Shown here: in pieces, positions 20,913 to 34,800 of the stretch | How the letters are laid out: each line of letters begins with the position of its first letter | How positions within the stretch are numbered: the first letter of the stretch is position 1 | Assembly (NCBI RefSeq): GCF_004010195.1 | Contig: NC_057746.1 | Coordinates: 27,538,374 to 27,602,373 of the forward strand | Length of the DNA: 64,000 bases | Origin: Chiloscyllium plagiosum | Lineage: Eukaryota | Direction: 5' to 3' | Translations under genes and position numbers: made by a program | Notes under the pieces: generated by a model | The model's input: the letters and a program-made list of their open reading frames with translations, nothing else | Database searches by the model: none | Told to the model about the DNA's origin: nothing

Positions 20913-23900
20913 TTGCTTTGACCGACTCAAACTCCAGTGAGGAAATGCAATAAAACATTGAATGTTTCGTTAACCGGGCTATTACTTTTGTTTCTTTCCA
21001 TTGGTGCTAGATGATTCCAAGTCTCTGTTATTCACTACCATGCATGCTTATCACATGATCAATATTATATTAGTTGCCCATTAACTGGTGAAATTGTAAC
21101 ATCTTCCGAAAATTATATCAGAGTTCAACAAAGGATATTTTCAAACAAGATCTTTTTCAGGGATGTGGCAGATATATTCTGCAAGGAATGATTTTTAATA
21201 TTGTTAATGCGAGAACCCCACTCCTGTGTTGTGAATTCCAATAAAAAAAAACCTATGCAACGGTAGATGTTTCATCAATTAACATCAGCTATGCGCAAGT
21301 TGAATTGGAAATAACCATCATATCTACATGACATTCGGTTTCCCTCCTTTGCCTGAAAATGACGTATAAATTAACTTAAAATGTTGAGTTTTCTCGACCT
21401 TGGAGATTTTGTCCAGAAAATTCATAGCTAATGATTTAACATCTAATAAAGGCGATTTTTATTTTCGTTTAAATCCATGTTTTATAAATATAAATTCATT
21501 TCACATTATACCTGTTACATATTCCCCTTTGGGAAGAAGCAGGTCAAAGTAACTCCTAAGGAATCGCCCAATATATGAAGATAATTCAGAAAAGTGAAAG
21601 CCAGCATTTTAATAAAGTTAATGCGATTTCTGACAAGGATAAGGAGGATAAATTGATAAATTGTCATTAAATCATAAGAATCAACACACTTCATTTCGTT
21701 TTTTAAAGGAGAATTTATTTTTAATCTTTAAGCTCATAAATTGCCTGAATGTCTGAAAGTTATTGTTTTTGCTTTTTGATTGTAGTAACAATTATCTCCA
21801 ATTCACACCCGCAACATGTATTTGTATAGTTTAAACTCTAACTAATAACATGCCACAAAGTGCAACAGAAGAGAATAAACATTTGACATTGAGCAGCTGA
21901 GGATGGAGGGGCATACTGTTGCTCTACTACACTATTACACAGATCACGACATACAATAATAGTATTTTCTGAGTGACAAATTTACCAAGAATTTTTAAGA
22001 ATCACATATGTATCTTCAGAAATTATCTTCCTGAAGCCAAGAACACACACTTTGGCCAATGGATTAAAGTTGTTGTCAAGAAAAAGTTTGGACATGAACG
22101 TTCATACTATCTTCTGGTCCTTTGTATGGTTACTTGTAGACAGGTCACTAATTAAATGTAGTTGCCTCTGAAGTTTTGGCAGACACGGTTTGCTCAGGAA
22201 ATATAATGTTGAGATGTTCCTACAATAACCCTTCCAGGAGAGCAGATGGCCTTTACTCTGCACTAAAATAATGTTGTTTCCCGTCTGAAATTTGTTAGTT
22301 CTATCCTCAAAGGCTTTTAACCCCAGCTGAAGAACAAAACAAACATCAAGTCAAAGCAAGGTTCAAACAGCCCCAACAGGAGAGCTACAATGAAACAAGC
22401 AATTATAATGTCATGTCATTCATAAGAAGCCTTAATAAAAAGAAATATTCCAATCCCCACAGTGAACGTTCAATGAACTCTTTAAATAAACCAATCCAGG
22501 TGTCCACACAATATAAATTTCTCACAAGCCTTCAACATCTCAAATATGTCTCAAATATAATATTCATTCAGGTGCTTCTCAGCAGCCACATCAAAGTAAA
22601 AGCTAATTTGGAAAGAACACTAAATAAAGCAGTACGTTTTATAAAATGTAGAAAAGAACTGACAGGAAAAGAAGAGAAGTGGTGTAAAAACTTGGTGACT
22701 GAAGCTACAGCTGTCAATGGGGAAGTAAAGACAGCAAACCAGGTTAGCATTCAATTCTGTGTTCTTATACAGATGTAGGAATGCTGGAAATTTTAGTAAT
22801 CAGGGAAGGTGGGAAGAATTTGAAGCTGAGGATGAGACTGATTAAATTAAAGTGTTTATGAAATAACAGCAAATGTTAGAAACAAGCTCAGAGATCAGAA
22901 GGTGATGCAAATAAAGATACTGGCAGCAGAGATTTAGATAGGCTGAATTAATGGATTTTGGATGGCCAGTCGACACAGTGAGGCATGATTTCAAGCAACT
23001 CAGTTGTAGAAAAACAACAAAAAACAAACTTCAGAACTAAGTGAAATACTGATTTCAATGAATATAAACTGAGACGTTTATCTCAATTCAGTTTCTTAGC
23101 CTGAATTACCTATGCATCACACTCAGGCACAGGAATGTTGTGTTGCCATCTAGTTCTTGTTGTGCTGTTGAATTTTGTGATCCCTTTGGATGAACACCTT
23201 CTATGGTGCTTTTTGGAAACTGGTTGACAAATCTGAACCAGAATACCATGGTCTGTCTGCAACAGCCAGTTGAGATAGATATAAAGTTTCCAATTGACGC
23301 ATTTGGAGGTGTCATTACATACCTCAGGAGCAGATCGGATTAGAACCCAGAGCATCTAATGAGAGATATTGCCAGTGGACTACAAGAGCCTTCAGTTGAG
23401 ACATATGCACTTAGAGGAAACATAGAATTGCAATGTCTAAGGCACTTAGTTATGAACCAACGCAATAGGCAACAATAACAAAGTGCATTTATATAAATCC
23501 TCTTATATATGTAATGTTGATACAAGCCCCACGAGTTTAATGGAAGCAGTGACGAGCACAAATTGACACCAAGCCACTTGAGGAGACTGGAATTAAAAAG
23601 ATTGTTTAGATGGTTAGACTTTAAAGAGCATCTTAATGGGAAAGCAGGAGCCTGGGAGTTGGGGATATTTAATGATAGAATTCCAATACTTAGAGGCTTA
23701 GGTGGCTGAAGAGAAAGTGACAAATCGTAGTTCAACATGAGTCAAATGTTGCAGGAGGATTGAATGTGAAGAGCGATGGATCACAAAGGTGGAGGAGCCA
23801 CAAAATCATTATTGTTAAATTACTGGCGATCACAGCTGCTACTGGATTTAAACAGAGAGAGAGAAGCTGAAAGAAGACTTTTCAAATGATATGAAATGTT

Positions 23901-24443
23901 CTGCACACATAGGGCTGTGAAAAGGCTGTGTCATACAAAATAACTGAGTTTGTGATGTGAATCAAATGGATGTGTTGTTTTCTGCTTGTTTCGTCTTATT
24001 CAGAATATTGTTACAAACCTGAGTTGAGGCTTTTGTTTCAAGTGCATAACAACAAAGTTATACAGTCAATGTGATTATAGTAACTAAATGTCCAAAGCAA
24101 CTGTACTAATGGTTCTAATGTCCTATTAACGTTGTTAAGCTGAGGTTTGACAGTTTTTTTTTGGTGGAAAGGGAACATGTTGCTCAATGAGAGGAATGAA
24201 GTATCCTTGCAAAATACCCACAATGTAACAGCTAGACAGAAAGCAAATTCAGTCAATTCATCTATGAGCATTATTCTCAGATTACTGTATCTGAAATACA
24301 AGGATGTTCTCATTGTCCAGGCAGGCTTCAGCAGTTCAGATGTGAACCAAAGGGTCTTTTTTGGCTATTTTCATACCGATTCTGTTGGCTGTGCTCATGT
24401 TGGCATGGCTTACCTGACTCGGAGTTAATTTTACTGAGCACAG

Positions 24444-24601
24444 GGCGAAAGTGAGGACTGCAGATACTGGAAATTAGGCTCTAGAGTGTGGTGCTGGAAA
24501 AGCACAGCAGGTCAGGCAGCATCGGAGGAGCAGGAGAATCGACATTTCCTGATTAAGGACTTTTGCCGATAACGTCGATTTCCAGCACCACACTCTCATC
24601 G
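24444..24601. mobile_element. Short Penelope-derived inverted-repeat element with a degenerate hammerhead
   Basis: Inverted arms GAGTGTGGTGCTGGAAA / TTTCCAGCACCACACTC; CTGATTA..GATAACGTC remnant; 12-bp TSD TACTGAGCACAG (24432-24443, 24602-24613). Confidence 0.78.
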
Positions 24602-27600
24602 TACTGAGCACAGCCTAATGATCGGGAGTCACTGATTCAAACATGCCATGACAACAAATCAACGAAAATCTGAACGTGGAAGCAATTCACCATAAGAATA
24701 ACTCTAAAACCAAAATAGCTTGCTGCAAAATGTTGATCTGGTTCATTGATACCCTTGAAGGAAGGAATTCCTTACAGAATCTGTTCCACAAGTGAAAAAC
24801 ACTATGACGTCCTCTAAAAGAGTCGAGTAAATCATTTGGTTCATGCTGATAATAAGTGGGCAACAAATCTAACCTTGCCAGCAACGCCTATACACATTAA
24901 ATAAACGTTTGCATTGATGCAGTTAGCATGTTCCTCTGTTGATACTCATTTGTTTCCATTTATATTGACATTATAATGCAGTGTGGCAAAGTTTATGTTG
25001 CTTTTAGCTTTGCCCAATTCACATTGCATACTGCGACTGGATTTCCAGTGAGCGTAAAGCAAAACTGAAATGGAAAAAAACCTACACATACGTCTTATTC
25101 ATTTTAGTTCATCTCTCTTTTATGTGTAAATGATAACAAGGGAATAATGACTAACCATTTACTGACAGCGACCGTTTGAAATGGGGCAAGTAAAGAACCA
25201 ATGTGTTTGACTCCTGGAATATTGCTTTATGTCGACCAACATTGTTCATTTGCAAGCATTGCCTTGCTGAGGGTTTTATGATACTATCAACAGAGTTTCC
25301 TGGAAAGAAAGGGAAATGAGTGTTTAAGTAAACTTGGCAGGATTGTTGAACTTATGAAGAAGTATCTGAAAGGGATACCAGGTCACACACAATTTTGGGG
25401 GAGACGGGTAGATCTCGAACTGTGAATAGTAAGTTAGCAGCTGTGGCACAGTAAGGATTGATGGGAGAGGATGAGGCAATAAATGCTTTGTCAGCTTGAT
25501 ATGCGTGCATGTGGATGCTCAATTATGTTGGTGAGTTAAAGGCCCATATTGGCGTAAGAAAATAGATTTTGTAGCTATAAACATAGATCTCACATAACGA
25601 GAGAGGAGGACTGGGTGTTAAAGGTCCCTGGAAGCAAGATGTTCTGGAAACATAGGAAAGGTAGAAAAGTAGGAGCATATTACGTAGAGAACATTACAGC
25701 ACTGGAAATAAAGTATGTTCTGGGGCATCAAGGACAGAAACTATGTAGCTAAAGCTAAGGAACAAAATGCAATATGTTGGTAGAGCAGTAAGTAGACTAT
25801 CAACTAGTGAAAAGGAATTAGAGGAAGAAACCTGAAAGGGCTTTACAGAACAGTACAATAATTGTAGAGTGGTTTAAATGGGAGACTTTAAGTAAAAATT
25901 CAAGCTGAATGTGCCAATGGGTAAAATTCAAGTCAACTTTGCCTTCTGCCGCTATTTTATAAATATGGCTTTTGAAACTTTTCTTCTCGCCCCAAGCCAG
26001 CCCTTGGCAGCGCCTCACCTCACCCTAACCCCATTAATCCTAGTTAGAAATAAGACTGGCAGTGACCGTGGACGGTGTCAAAGAAAAATCAATGCAACCA
26101 CAATCACAAATCGTCTAGAGTTCCTATGTTTGAAACAGTCGCATCTGCATTGGATCTTAAAATGTTACTACAGTGACAGAGAGAAAAGGACGCTGCCAAT
26201 TTGGACATCTGTCTTTCGCTATTTCAACCCAAACCCCATTCAAATCCAATTCCTCAGCTCTTCAGCATAGCCATTTTAGCTTTAGGTAAACTCTACCACC
26301 CACCTTTACCACACTGTTTGCTATAATGCACAGATATGTCTGTTTCCAGATAAGGTTGCAATACACAGTGCACCAAACAGCTGGTCAGCAGTGCCTGGAA
26401 CGGAACGGTGGGCGAATTGGGGAAAGAATTGCAAGGCAGCGGGATGGAAGGCGACATCGGCTGAAAAATAATTGGAATTGCATTGATCATTAACCTCAAT
26501 GGAACTGACTATTAGCTCAAGTGCAGGGTGTTGTAGTCTTTCGCCTGAGATTGATTACTATGAACCCATTGATACCAAGTTAAAGAAACTGCCCTAATTC
26601 AAAAGTGGTGTAAAGGAGTCATTTTCCATATGCGAAGACTCATCTACATGCCAGTTGAAGTCAACCACCGTCTCATTGTTGCATTGAAGCGTTTTAGATG
26701 ATCAAAGGGAGTCAAGATAACGAAACTTCCGGTCCTCAGATGGGGATGCAAGCTGACATGTTACTACGGCAGATCACCAGGTACCCTTGTTTACTGGAAC
26801 ATTCATTGACATCAGAATGAGGACGTAGGCTAGTCGATGCCTCCAATGAGTGCCTGTAATAGCAGTTGGATACTCACTTGCAAATGTAAGATTCTGATCA
26901 TGTCCCATCCCAGTACCTGAACATGAAACTCAGGACTGGCAATACTGTCTTGTTGTGAGAGACTTCTGCTGAGCATTTACATACCCTCTCTCTTAAATAT
27001 AAGAAATTTCACAGCTATAATTTGAAGAATATCAGGGATTTACTGCTCTCACGGGCAATATTTAACACTCATCTAGGACCACTAAAACAGATCATTGTCT
27101 CGTTGCGGATTACGAATCCTAGACTGTCGTGTTTTCTACAGTTACACTTTAGAGGGATTGCATATCAGGTGCTGGTGCAGCGTGATATAAATCCAAGTTT
27201 TATTTTTTAAAGAGTTTTGAGCAGGGAAAGTCCTGCCGAAGTTTGGACGTCTGCTTTCCCGCCCAATTCCATTTTCAGGCAGGATTTCACATGGTTGCTC
27301 TGACTTTAACCCACAATAACTTTCTGAATTGCAAATAATGTCCGAGAGGTGTTGATAATTTGCAATTTGGGTTCATTTCCTCGATGTGTTCAGCGCCTAA
27401 CAAACACTGACTACTTGAGGATGCTCAGGAAATGTAAACATTCCCATTGCTCAACACTTTTTTTTGGTTTTGCGTGGCCACAAGAAACACTAAAAACTTT
27501 GTGTTGGCACTTTATTGCCAATCAAATTTCCCGCAGTAAATTAGCCTTTTGGCATCTGTTTTGAATTCAGAATCTGCTCCAAGCATCCACATGTGGGAGG

Positions 27601-29145
27601 ACATCATTCCAGTTGTCAGTGGTGAGGGCGAAGATGTTTTGAATACCATTTCCCATTGGTTTGTGTGATCTTGTGAAACTGCAGTGACCAGCTGCAACAC
27701 CCAGCCACTCACCCTGGACAGAGGCCATGAACCTTTTTGGACTGTTTGAAAAGGATTCACTTTGTCATTGACATGGTTGATATGCCATTGCTTATGGGAA
27801 ACGGCTGGATGTCTTTCCTCTGGTGCTGCTCAGGATTATGCACACACCGCACTACTGTTTTCAGTAAGAGCCCGTCCTGCAAGCTCTTTCGAAATCACTT
27901 GTCACTGGATCAAGGCCCAGATCTGATGAATACAGGTGATCTGAATGCAACCACCACCCACTTACAAAAGAAAATCACACGCAGGCATCTAACATTCATC
28001 AAAAAATATATCCAACAAATCAGATTTGACGAAAGCTGACCTCAATCCAAGGAACTTCCTATGATTTCTAAGAGCCTTAAGGGATCAACTAACTTCGCAC
28101 AAAACGGAAAACAGTCGTAATTCTTGAAATTAATAACTATAATTAAAGTAAAATTCTGCGAAAATTTGTCTGAAAAGCGTCGTATCGGGCTTCCAACGGC
28201 AACTCTGGTGCTCTCTCCATATTAGCTACCAGATCTGCTGAGTTTTCCAGCATTTTCTGTTCTTGTTTGTGAATGAAAAATAAATTGTGCTGAGGTAGAC
28301 TACATATTTTGTATATTGATATTAATTATATCTTGTCCAAACAGAGTAGGAAACTATGCAACACAGAAAGCCGATTTGTCAATAAGCACCGTAATGCCGT
28401 AATGGTACGTTGATACTTTATTGTTCTCTCCTATGTTTATTCCATAAATCTTTCCTTTGAAAAACAGTTATCCTTTCAACTTGAACAAGTAAATAATGAA
28501 AAGACGTATACTTTGAGGAATTATCCCTTGTCCTAAGAGTCAGTATTTAAAAGCCTAACTTCCGATTAAGTGGAGACCTTAATTTTGTACTCTGGTGACC
28601 AAGTTACTGGAAAATCGATATTCTTGCAAACTTTATCAAAGTAGCTCATTTTCAATATCTCAATCCAAAGTAAACAAAAAAGTCAAAATATGCCTGTCAC
28701 CAAACAAGTAAAAGAAAACAAAAAAATCATAAATTGTATAGAGTGTGTTGTGCCATAATATTTTTATTGTTCTCAATACAATCACAAGCTTAAGGTATCA
28801 TCAAACTAAATAGTAAATTGTTCCTTTATTTTAAGGGTTGATATGACATCGGCAAAGTGCTGCTAATTTCAGAGTTCTGTGTCGTAGTGTTAATATGAAT
28901 GTAAGAACCACCTTACCCGTTTGTCAGATTTTTGTTATTACGTGTATCTGCACTACTACAATGTGCATTCCCTTGAGAATAGTCCATGGAAATGAAGATC
29001 ACAATAGGCTTATCAACCCAGATTAACATGTGTGGTGAATCTTTTATCGGATCAATTTTTCCAGCAACGGATAACCCACTCTGTTACACTGTCCGAATAA
29101 CTCCACTTGCAAGAGAAGTGCTTTCTGAAGGGCATCTGGTTCAGT

Positions 29146-29446
29146 GGGCGGCACGGTGGCACAGTGGTTAGCACTGCTGCCTCACAGCGCCAGAGACCTG
29201 GGTTCAATACCCGCCTCAGGCGACTGACTGTGTGGAGTTTGCACGTTCTCCCCGTGTCTGCGTGGGTTTCCTCCGGGTGCTCCGGTTTCCTCCCACAGTC
29301 CAAAGATGTGCAGGTCAGGTGAATTGGCCGTGCTATAATTGCCCGTAGTGTTAGGTAAGGGGTAAATGTAGGAGTATGGGTGGGTTGCGCTTCGGCAGGG
29401 CGGTGTGGACTTGCTGGGCCTGTTTCCACACTGTAAGTAATCTAAT
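29146..29446 (+). mobile_element. Near full-length young HE1-type SINE
   Basis: GGGCGGCACGGTGGCACAGTGGTTAGC A-box, GGGTTCAATACC B-box, conserved core, CCTGTTTCCACACTGTAAGTAATCTAAT tail. Confidence 0.92.
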
Positions 29447-30950
29447 AAAAAGAGACAATACTTTCAAGGCAGATTTACATTGAGTGGAGTGTAAAACCAA
29501 TGGTGAAATCCATCGCGTTAGTTTCACGACGCAACAAGTTAGTTCAAATTCTAGCCCCAAAGTAACACTCCCCAGGCCTACTGGAATTTCATTTGTTTAA
29601 GCTGGAAATGGTGTAGAATGTTGTAATATTCGGAAACGTAATCTTAAGAATACTTCCGATAATTCCCTGTTCTGACATATTAAACACCTCCATGCAGTTT
29701 TTAGACAGGCATTTCCCGACTGAATATTTTCCCCAAAGCAGCACTGAATAATTTGATAGTCAGGCTATTTTAAAAATAATGTATTTAGGTTTTCGGTGGA
29801 AAAATGGAGAGAATGGATCTTTATCAAACGTTTATGGACACAGCTACCGGAGGGACACTGAAAAATCTACCCTAACAACACCAGGACGAAATATTGTAGA
29901 TGCTCTTACATAGTGGCAATGACTTGTGGACGTAAATCAATGTTCCCGTAAATGAATTACTAGAATCCCAAATTGAACTAAAATGTGAATTTCTGCTACT
30001 TATGCTGAAACGTTTTAGCACCAGTACTAAAATCCTGGACAGAAGAATGTCAACTGTTTCAATGCTAATTTCTGGTTTTACAATTTCTGCGATCATGGAT
30101 TTTTATGAATAAACACCCATATTCGGTGGCCTGTAATAATGAGAATAACAAGTATAACCAATAATACCAAACGCTAGAAGGCAGGCATATGGCTTTCTAC
30201 AGAGGAGCCAAGAGTAACTTTCATAGGCTTATGTAGTTTATCAACAGTGTTGATGATCAAGAGGCGGCTACAAACTATACAATTTCTATTGACAATTTCC
30301 CCTATTGGACTTCAGATTTTGCGTGAAATCACTAGTGGAACTATTTTGAAGCTCAGATGAGGGAAAGAAAAACTTTAAAGAGGTGTATCGATACTTAAAG
30401 CAGGTTCTAGTGGCGCAGTTGGTAGCGCCCTGCCTTAATCCAACCTCTCTGGGACCTAGACACAGCTCAGAACTTGATGAACAAAGAAGGAGTATTGATA
30501 ATGGAGCCAAGCAGGTTGTTTATCAATAGCCACGTGATGGGAAGGACCAAGGCAAGTTTGCAAGCATTACCTAAAGCTTTGGACTGCAACACCAACGCGC
30601 ATTACCCGAATGAGGTATAGCACGCATCACCATGGATAGGTGATGAAGGCATTCAAACAAGAGACAGCTATGAAATAAAAGGAAACTGAATCTACATTAG
30701 GAGGGAAGGTGGGATGAAACTAGAGATGCAGATAACCAGGACAACACAGATGTGCTATAAAATAGTGGAAGGAAATAATAGGAAGAATAGTGGAAGAGAG
30801 ACACCAGTATAATATGTAGGGAGGATGTAACAACATAAATCATGGAAGAAAGCAACATCTCTAGGTGACCGTGGGAGAAAAAGTGATTTGAACTCTATAA
30901 GTGAATGGGCGTTGCCATGAGTTTTTAAAAAATGCTTTAGAGAATAAATA

Positions 30951-31035
30951 GCTGATGAAGAAGCAGTGCTCAGAAAGCTAATGCTTCCAAATAAACCTCT
31001 TGGACCATAACCTGGTGTTGTGTGACTTTTAACTT
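30951..31035 (+). mobile_element. Penelope pLTR fragment with a degenerate hammerhead
   Basis: CTGATGAAGAAGCAGTGCTCAGAAAGCTA..GGACCATAACCTGGTGTTGTGTGACTTTTAACTT; same family as 15187. Confidence 0.72.
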
Positions 31036-31271
31036 AGTAGCGTAGGGAGTCGCATAGCAGTAGGAGGAGACTGTTAGAAAATTCAGCCTCCATTGACCTC
31101 ACTAATACGGTGGTGGAGACGGTGAAAATGAAGCATGGCCCCCGGAGACAAGCATGTTCGAACCGTATAAGTTAAAAACCTATCTAAAATTGAGCTTATT
31201 ACACATAAATATTCGAGAGTAAAACCTGTCTACAATGGGCTCTGAAGAAATAAATACCACGACCGTGCTTA

Positions 31272-31816
31272 TTAAAGGTTTCTGATTTGATTGATTGTTA
31301 GAGGATCCGAGTTTTTCCTGTCATCGTTAGAACCAGGGCTGAAGTAAGGATACATTTTGCCAGAAAATGAGTCAGTGAAAGTAAACAGGGTGGCCATGTT
31401 GGCTGCATTGTAGAAAGACAGCTGTCCACCTTCGTAGTCCAGGTACACCCCGACCTTCTTGGGCTTCGCATTTATGGATATACGTGTGGGATTGGCTGTG
31501 GAAGCCCAGTACTCACTGCCATTTTTCATCCCAAAAATCCAATATCCTGCATCTTGTGCCGACCTCGACCCCCGTTTTCGGAAGGTATCTTTAACTACGC
31601 CTAAATCCCACGCTGTTTTGTTTCCCACGTTCACCTCCCAGTAGTGTCGCCCTGACGTGAATCCGACGGATCCCAGGACACTAAGCTCGCGATCAACACT
31701 TTCCGCAGGTTCCGTGACAGCCCGCGCTTTTTCCATAAGTTTGACACTGGCCCGGTCCTCGGAGAGAACCAGCTGGGGATGCGCTGTGCTCGGATCCAGA
31801 GTCAGGGCAGCAGGTG
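31272..31816 (-). CDS. TRIM-B exon 6 (PRY-SPRY/B30.2)
   Basis: TCTCAG|CACCT; encodes [40 protein letters not shown]; TAA stop. Confidence 0.92.
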
Positions 31817-34800
31817 CTGAGAGAAAATGAAAGAAAATAGCTCGTCAACGATTTTGTAAAGAAGCGTGTTACCGTGCATTGAGGAAAAAAACCCAGTAAT
31901 TTCTGGAAGAACCCAGCAGGGAATCTAATTTTACACAGGACACACTCTTGACTGTCCGAAATTACCTGATACTCATCGGGAGGGTAGTTGCGCGGGTAAA
32001 CTATTTAAATTGTCCTTTTAAATAAAGTTTTGAAATTGTGGCAATTCTAAATTTATTGATGTGAATGCGTTGGAGGTTGGGGTCGACGGTATTGGCAGTG
32101 GGGCGGCTGTCGTGCACTATACTGGAGAGGCTCAGGCGAGTAATCTGGTCACGTGGGTTGAAATCCATCACTGCAGCTGGCGGAGGTTGATTTCGACCAC
32201 AGCAAGTCTGAAACTAGGACACTTATCGCACAGTAGTAGTGTCCCTACTGCTGAGCCAGGACCATCGGGTTCAAAATCCACTTGCTCCAAAGGTCTGTAA
32301 TCTCATCTAAGAACACGCTGATTACATTTTTTAAAAAAACTATGGAATTAAAAATTAGTCTTAATAATGGCGACTATGATGGCTGACATCCATTGATTTA
32401 AAAAATAGCAGCTGCTTTTCTTTAGAATAGGGAAACTGCCGTCCTTGCTCGGGTTTGATCTACCTATGATACCGGACACACAGTTATGTAGTTTAATGTT
32501 AACTGTCCACTGAAATGGTCTGATAGGTCTCTGAGTTTAAGGGAATTGGGGATAGAAACAGTTGTTGCCCTTTCCAGGCATGCACATGTAAAAATGAAAA
32601 TAAATGTAAAAATTGGTCGTGGGCAGTAGCTCTGCATTCAACACAATGAGAAAGAAAGTCGGGTTGAGCCTAAAGTCTTATAGCTGTTATTTTCAAAGGC
32701 ATTCCCTTCAAGTCCTTCAAGACCTTCAAGATTCCTTTCAAGTCTTGAGCACCCCAAGCACTACAACAGTCGAACAAGTTTGGTTCATGTGTAAGGCCAA
32801 TAAGTAATGGAGCAAAACTCCGTGAGCGGGGAAGCAGACAGACTGATATTCCAATTTCTAACCTCTACAGAACTCATGGTATATTCAATGACATAGCGGT
32901 CAACGTCACAGATTTTGGGACCAGATCTAAACTGAATACATCCAAGACGAGTTGGACTCGCTATGTTTCTATAGGTAACTGAAAAGGGCCGATAGTACCG
33001 AGGATGGAAGCTTGGCTTCTTTTCCCTTGAAATATTAACCTGCGGTGGCTTTTACCTTCAGCGGTGACGCACATATTCGTTTCAGTTGGCGGGAGACTAG
33101 AAGCCATTCTTAGGGATTGACACTACTACCGTGCTTCCTATACTGTTCCCATGTCGAACGTGCGTTCGTGTGCAACATGGCTTCTCAGGGTGAACCAAGC
33201 ATCTGAAAGTCCAATAGCTGTGCTTGGTAGCTCCGCGTAAAGGGAGTGAAATCTCCGAACCTGAGCGAGTCTCGATATTTTCTGTCCAACTGGAGGGGAT
33301 ATCCCTGCGCTTTCTGGTTTCACTGATATTAAACAAAAAGTTTCTCTCCCATGCTTTACCAACTGCTCCATACTGATATCCACTGACAGAGTCGCATGCT
33401 CCGTCCACTCGTCATGGAAATGGCACCAAACTTCAAGGTACAAAACAGGACTGCCATTTTCAGGCGGGAATCTGGTTCCTAACTGATTCGGGTCAAGTCT
33501 TAATCTTAGGAAATATGGCGCCTTCTGGAACGGACAAGAAATAGGGAAGCAATTATAAACACATTTCCCACCAGGCTTGGACGCTTACAATATTCCTTGT
33601 CGATTCCACAAGGCGCCAGTGGATATGTCACGCCCGTTCAAGGTTTCATCTGAAAAATAAAATTCGGCCACTTCGACACCATCTTTAGTCCCAAGCTGGT
33701 AAGTCTTTAATAATAGGTCTCTGAGAGAAAGTTAACAATTATTATTCAAATAATGTAACGCACGTTTCTGATTCTCAGATCCTCTTTACTGGCTATTGTG
33801 GTAAAAGCCGTTTTGATTGGTGTCAGGAAGCAGGCAACAACAGGTTGGCCTCTTCATTCAGCCATTTACTGTGCAGGAAGATTCAACATGTTAGGGATGT
33901 GCAAAAAGCAAGTGTAGAATGGTCTGACTAAACAGCAAAGGTGTTTATATAATAAATTGATATAATAATTGTTTGCATTTACAGAAGTTCTTAAATCGGG
34001 GTGACAGAAATAGATTAATTCAAGTGAAAACGGTTACGGACTTGACAGCGACCATTTGAGTATCGCTCAATTCACTGATCAGTCAAACGTTAAAATTATC
34101 CTTTAGATACTGGACAGCACGTTTTCTGATGACCAGCAATCCTGCTTTTTGTAGATGCTAATCTAATCAGTTTCCTTTTCGCACGCCCAAGATATAATGT
34201 ACGAACGTCATCGGTGGTGCAAAAACAAATTCTTGGCGTTACAGTACTTTGTTTGCGCGACTACTCATGTAATTAAACAGGTTTGTGTCCAGTTCTTCTT
34301 CAGACGCAGGGCAAAACGGACAAGAGCAAGTCAGCAAACTGTTTTGCATTCTTGTTTCCCATTAACCAACACTTCACCGCAAGCATAGATGCCAAATTTT
34401 GTATCAGGGATAAACCTCGGAATATAACAATGCCTGAGGAGGTAAAAGAGTTCAGGGGTTCACGGGAAGGCCGGCAAAATGGCAAGAATGCGGTAGATTC
34501 AAATTTAACCCAAAAAGGGGCTGGTGATTTGTTTTTGAAGGTAGCATAAGATGTCATAGAAACGGAATTGTCAAAGATTAAGAGGGAGTGTGGCCAGAGC
34601 AAAGCCCAGAAATGCAGGTACAAATGTCTTTAAAAACGGGAGGGTAATCCTTTTAACAGCTTGGCTTTTAAAACAGAAATATGGGGCACAAGTGTGCTCA
34701 ACCTCGGAAAATCCCTGGTTTGGCCGCAGTTGGTATTTTACGTCCAATTCTGGACAGCACGTTATGAGAAAGATGCCAAGGCCTTGGAAGGGTTTGATAG

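Noticed and set aside
27712-27925. Minus-strand exon-like segment starting LGLDPVT (PRY-like)
   Set aside because: All frames are closed and no further B30.2 motifs (HYWEV, GVYLD) are present.
30402-30455. tRNA-like sequence GGTTCTAGTGGCGCAGTTGGTAGCG
   Set aside because: Only an A-box/D-arm half is present, with no T-arm or acceptor stem; a SINE head remnant, not a tRNA gene.
32704-32745. Short tandem repeat (CCTTCAAG)n
   Set aside because: Ordinary slippage repeat with no unique spacers; not an array of interest.
33138-33524. ~128-codon minus-strand open frame in TRIM-B intron 5
   Set aside because: It is out of phase with the upstream exons and has no recognisable domain.
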